Source: Candidatus Magasanikiibacteriota bacterium
GTDB taxonomy: Bacteria; Patescibacteriota; Patescibacteriia; Magasanikbacterales; GWA2-37-8
NCBI GenBank assembly: GCA_017991415.1
Contig: JAGOQR010000001.1
Location: forward strand, 109,385-173,384
Reading direction: 5' to 3'
DNA length: 64,000 nucleotides
Part shown: in pieces, positions 59,994-64,000 of the stretch
Layout: every line of letters begins with the position of its first letter
Numbering within the stretch: the first letter of the stretch is position 1
The notes under the pieces: model-generated
Told to the model about the DNA's origin: nothing
Databases searched by the model: none
What the model saw: the letters and a program-made list of their open reading frames with translations, nothing else
Program-made: the position numbers and the translations under genes

Positions 59994-60776
59994 TTAAGAA
60001 AAATCTATAAATTTAGCCTGATATTTGTCTTTCCACTGGCTTTTGGGTAGAACGCGTTCAGAGTATATCCCTGGAGGTGGCCAATTTACCTCGGAAACTT
60101 TTATACTACCATCCTGATAAACTTCTTCTACAAAGGCAACATGCCCAACCGCAGGATTTTTTAAACTTCCAACAAACGACATGGCGCAACCAGCCTTTGG
60201 TTCATCTAAAACTTTGTATTGTCCACTTCTTTGAAAAATTCCTGCCCACAATCCACCATTACGGGGTCTTTCTTTTGGCCAATTAATAGCAATGCCCATT
60301 TGCTGAACTTTATAATGAACATACTCTACACACTGCAGATCATCTCTTCGCGCTCCTCCGCCAAACTCATCATTAATAATCTTACGCAATTTTATACTAT
60401 TTGCGTCGGTTGCTAAATTTTTTTCGTGATTTTGGAAAACCGGTAAGACATCCTGGGCAATTTCTTTTTTCTGTAAGTTTTCCAACGCTACCGGAGAATT
60501 TTCCTCTAAATAAAATTTAGAAACCCAACCAGTGTTGCCCTCTGAAACCACCTTAACCCAATCCCCACTCTCTTCTACGACTTCAACTTTAGTTCTAAAA
60601 ACAAGTTTTGCGATTATATTATCATTATTAACTTTATCTAGGCTAGAACGCATACGCAACCCATCGGAAGCGCTAACAAATAACTCCTTAGTTGAAAATT
60701 GTGGAGTAATATCCGCTACCTGTGTTTTTTCCTCAGAATCAAATGTTTGGCCGCATTTAGGACATGTTATAGGCAT
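59994..60776 (-). CDS. CHAP-domain amidase/peptidase with N-terminal zinc ribbon and SH3-like segment
   Basis: CPKCGQTF zinc ribbon, GWVSKFYL segment, and CHAP Cys/His context (DDLQCVEYVHY...GHVAFVEEV). 260 aa. Confidence 0.55.
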   Translation of the reverse strand: MPITCPKCGQTFDSEEKTQVADITPQFSTKELFVSASDGLRMRSSLDKVNNDNIIAKLVFRTKVEVVEESGDWVKVVSEGNTGWVSKFYLEENSPVALENLQKKEIAQDVLPVFQNHEKNLATDANSIKLRKIINDEFGGGARRDDLQCVEYVHYKVQQMGIAINWPKERPRNGGLWAGIFQRSGQYKVLDEPKAGCAMSFVGSLKNPAVGHVAFVEEVYQDGSIKVSEVNWPPPGIYSERVLPKSQWKDKYQAKFIDFS

Positions 60777-60877
60777 AAAATTATTTTAATTCATTCTTGT
60801 AATTATTACTGGTGAGATTGTACCACGGTGAAATATTACTACATTTCACCTTTGACAGCAAATTATTTGTTATTTAG

Positions 60878-63577
60878 TTATAAAGCGAACTTTGCTCTTA
60901 ACAGCTGCACATCTTTATTATTAAATTTCTTTTCCAAATTATCTAATATTTTCTTTTCTGTTTCTGGTGTCCAGTAAATTTTTAGCTTTTCTTTTGCACG
61001 AGTAATAGCAGTATAAAATATATTATGCGTAATCATCTCCTCTGTTTCATCGGTAATAACAACCTTGACTGAGTTATATTCTAAACCTTGAGCTTTATGC
61101 ATTGAGACAGCATAGGCTATCTGAAAAGGAACTACCGCTCTTGAAGAATCTTCGTCCTCATCTGTACTTTCTAGCTTGTTGACAAAAAATCTAATCACTG
61201 ATTTACCATTATCAGACTCTCCCAACAACTCTAATTCATGTCCATAAGTATCTAGTTCATTTATAGACTCATCGATTTCAATATCAAATTGTACCTTACC
61301 ATCAAGAATTTCTATACCAAGTATTTTTCCCTTAAGATTATTATGAATTAAAGGCTTAAATCTATTGGACTCATTGAATAGTATTGGATCATTAACTTTG
61401 TAAGTGTGGATGCCCCATTGTTTTGGTTCGTTTCCATTATTTCCTTGTAAAAATCTGTTGATATTATTTATTCCATACAGACCATCGTAGTTTAAACATA
61501 AAATTATTTCATCATCTTCCGAATGCTCAAATATTGAGTCGCTTAACGGCGTATTATAATTATTGTTTGTGATATGCTCTAGAATATCACCTTCGATATT
61601 TCTCACCTTATTCCACAAGGTAAGTAATTTTTCATTTTTAGTGCGATATGGTTTTGTCAACTCAAATACTGAAGTTTTTTGAAAAAATGACTCTGCTATT
61701 CCAAACCAGTTTCCAAAAAGTATAGATTCGATTTGGAAAATATCACCCACTAAAACCAATAATTTAAAAGATGCTTTTTTTAACACATTAAGCATATCTG
61801 AATTACTGACAGTACTACACTCATCAATAACCAACAAATCACACTCGGTGTTGCTATTATTTTTAGACAAAAAACTGGTTACTGTTTGAAATGTAGAATT
61901 TGTAACACCCACTCTTCTTTTTAAATTATTAACTGCTGGGTTGGTGTTGGCTAAATAAAGCTTCTTCTGATTTTTATGAAAATTAGAGATATGGGTTATT
62001 AATTTTGTTTTTCCAGTTCCTGCAGAACCATATATCATCGCTACACGTGAGCTTTCAAATATTTGCTTCATGATCTTCTTTTTTTCTTCACAATCAACAC
62101 CGTGGTCATCTGATTGTAGCCACTTATTAACAGAATTTGAATAATTTTTAAAGCCTGAAGAGGATAATTCTTTTAATTTCTCAATAATGTGAACGGTATC
62201 TTCTTCATAACCTTTTATGTAAATATGATCTTTATAATTTTCAAGTTTACGGTTACCGTGTGTATAGTATAATTTTTTATTATACACACCAATTAAACTC
62301 TCAACATCTTCAAAGCTAGTTATATTTTTTAAGGGAGTGTATAACTGCCCTTTTTGTTCAGTATTATTTTTTATAAATCTTGCAAACAATTCGTGCTTAT
62401 GACTTGTCGGATCTATACAATCAACTAAATCACGAAGTTTAGGGTTGTGTCCTATTGGTGAGGTATTAAACGGCATGTCGTCAAATGGTTTACACCCAAA
62501 TTTTAGATTTAAGTTTGATAATAAAGCACAAGTTTCATGGTTATATTGTAATTTGAGAACTTTATTATTGAGCGTGTATAATAAATATCTAACCATGTTA
62601 CATCCTGCCAAATCACTTTTTATTAATTCACGGCATTTATCTAAAACATTAAAAAAATGTGCCCCTTTGACTTTCGTTGTCACGACATTTTTTTTAAAAC
62701 GTTGGTAATATTCATCGGAAAATTCAACTACTTCTACCAAATTCAAACAAGTTTTAGTTAAAAGCGACATCAATTCCTTAGACTCTATTGAATCGGCTGA
62801 TATTTTTGGATGTTCGCCAAATATATCGGCAAGATGGTTAAGTTCGCATGGACGAATTGATACATTCCAACTATCGATAATTTTAATCGGCATCTTTTTG
62901 CCTAAAACCTCTATCACATCATCACTCGTGGCGAGTTTTACGGCATAGTTTGGCAATATATCTAATTTTGTAAAGGCGATGACTCTATCAAACTTACTTA
63001 CATTATCAATGGCTGTTGTGAAAGTTATTTCATAATATACTTCATTGTTAACAAAAAATGGTTTAACTTTTCTAATATAGTACCTGTCATCATAAGCACT
63101 CTTTTTTCTTTTTGATATTGGCTCGTTAATTTTTTCGGCTATCTTTTCATAATACTCCTTAAGTGCAGAATCAACTGTGATAGGAAAATTGTTGATATTT
63201 TCTAAAACATCAAAGTTATATCTATTCTTTAAAAAAGATTTTATTTTAAGTAAATACTCATAGTATTTTAGCATTAGTCTTTCTGATTTTTCTTCATCTG
63301 GAAGATAATGAGAAAGAGTTTGTTGAAGAAATTTGTGAAATTTACTTAAAAACCTTAAATCAGCTCTTGATGAAACATAGAGCTTTGCTTTATTTTGATA
63401 AATAACGTAACTATAATCATCTTCGCCAGATGCTTTCACCGCAACAGCTTCAACAAAGGTTCTCAGCTTATCTAAAATGTTTTGTGACAAAAATCCTCTT
63501 TCGTCTGCTTTTAATTTATTGATAAGTTTGCATATCGCATCGTCAGAAATACGAATTTGTTCATCTACCTTACTCAT
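60878..63577 (-). CDS. Superfamily I helicase (RecD/UvrD-like) with large N-terminal domain of unknown function
   Basis: Walker A IYGSAGTGKT, Walker B LLVIDECS, C-terminal VSMHKAQGLEYNSVKVV (motif VI region). The track ORF extends to 63682, but the overlap with the HNH gene suggests a start at the Met at ~63577. Confidence 0.65.
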   Translation of the reverse strand: MSKVDEQIRISDDAICKLINKLKADERGFLSQNILDKLRTFVEAVAVKASGEDDYSYVIYQNKAKLYVSSRADLRFLSKFHKFLQQTLSHYLPDEEKSERLMLKYYEYLLKIKSFLKNRYNFDVLENINNFPITVDSALKEYYEKIAEKINEPISKRKKSAYDDRYYIRKVKPFFVNNEVYYEITFTTAIDNVSKFDRVIAFTKLDILPNYAVKLATSDDVIEVLGKKMPIKIIDSWNVSIRPCELNHLADIFGEHPKISADSIESKELMSLLTKTCLNLVEVVEFSDEYYQRFKKNVVTTKVKGAHFFNVLDKCRELIKSDLAGCNMVRYLLYTLNNKVLKLQYNHETCALLSNLNLKFGCKPFDDMPFNTSPIGHNPKLRDLVDCIDPTSHKHELFARFIKNNTEQKGQLYTPLKNITSFEDVESLIGVYNKKLYYTHGNRKLENYKDHIYIKGYEEDTVHIIEKLKELSSSGFKNYSNSVNKWLQSDDHGVDCEEKKKIMKQIFESSRVAMIYGSAGTGKTKLITHISNFHKNQKKLYLANTNPAVNNLKRRVGVTNSTFQTVTSFLSKNNSNTECDLLVIDECSTVSNSDMLNVLKKASFKLLVLVGDIFQIESILFGNWFGIAESFFQKTSVFELTKPYRTKNEKLLTLWNKVRNIEGDILEHITNNNYNTPLSDSIFEHSEDDEIILCLNYDGLYGINNINRFLQGNNGNEPKQWGIHTYKVNDPILFNESNRFKPLIHNNLKGKILGIEILDGKVQFDIEIDESINELDTYGHELELLGESDNGKSVIRFFVNKLESTDEDEDSSRAVVPFQIAYAVSMHKAQGLEYNSVKVVITDETEEMITHNIFYTAITRAKEKLKIYWTPETEKKILDNLEKKFNNKDVQLLRAKFAL

Positions 63578-63581
63578 ATTA

Positions 63582-63998
63582 TTATCGATTCCCCTTTGCT
63601 CGATTGTGAGTTTTACAGAGCATCTGGCAGTTCTTGACTGAAGTCGCTCCACCCTTGCTCCATGCCGCGACATGGTCAGCATCCATATCGCTCAAACTCC
63701 AAATTTTTTCCTTATTAGCATCATGCCCAAGAGCGCAAAGCGGACAGTTTGATTCTTTTTTCTTTTCAGCTTTAGTAGTCTGTTCTTTGTATACTGATTT
63801 TTTAATTGCGTCATCAAAAACTCTAACATCAAGCAACTTTGTATCAGCAGAACCTCCTAAGATAAATTCAAAAATACCTTTGCGATTTTTGACATATGGA
63901 TCTCCGTACAGTTTTTGTACTTCTTCCGAAACCTTTTTTGGATTGTAGGATTTTTTATGGTAAGCCTCATACAACCGTCCCCACTCTAGTCCGCACAT
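63582..63998 (-). CDS. HNH endonuclease
   Basis: CPLCALGH...DADHVAAWSKGG...NCQMLCKTHNRAKG. May extend beyond the window edge at the N-terminus. Confidence 0.7.
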   Translation of the reverse strand: MCGLEWGRLYEAYHKKSYNPKKVSEEVQKLYGDPYVKNRKGIFEFILGGSADTKLLDVRVFDDAIKKSVYKEQTTKAEKKKESNCPLCALGHDANKEKIWSLSDMDADHVAAWSKGGATSVKNCQMLCKTHNRAKGNR

Positions 63999-64000
63999 CT

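Overview
This is an AT-rich bacterial chromosomal window, roughly 35% GC by eye. The gene content has a CPR/Patescibacteria-like flavour: type IV pilus genes, a SWIB domain protein and a VirD4-type ATPase; this is an inference only. Housekeeping genes are clear: ligA, cysS, dnaX, a tRNA-Gln(CUG), folD, secD/secF, secA, tdk, msrA, a DEAD-box helicase and an ABC transporter. There is a type IV pilus module (prepilin peptidase, pilin, receiver domain protein, PilM) and a thiol-disulfide cluster. Four things need a second look. (1) A ~8 kb array of mostly single-gene units at 51.7-59.8 kb. Each unit is separated by one of eight copies of an element (75-150 bp per copy) that carries a near-consensus sigma70 promoter, a bidirectional terminator hairpin and a conserved 40-nt box. 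The element is bracketed by GGCTAA(G/C) direct repeats, which makes the array look cassette-like. (2) Seven isolated high-GC single-gene islands, most encoding lipoproteins or secreted proteins, one of them a metzincin-motif lipoprotein. Each is embedded between its own promoter, a hairpin-bearing 5' UTR with a strong SD, and its own terminator. Two of the islands share an almost identical 33-nt promoter. (3) A tRNA-Gln-adjacent accessory islet with a GIY-YIG nuclease, an HTH-Panacea (SocA-like) antitoxin overlapping a RelE/ParE-like toxin, and a PD-(D/E)xK protein. (4) A pair of inverted ~90 bp GC-rich repeats 42.6 kb apart. There is also an HNH nuclease, SF1 helicase and CHAP amidase trio at the right edge. 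No CRISPR array, rRNA or recognisable recombinase/transposase gene was found.
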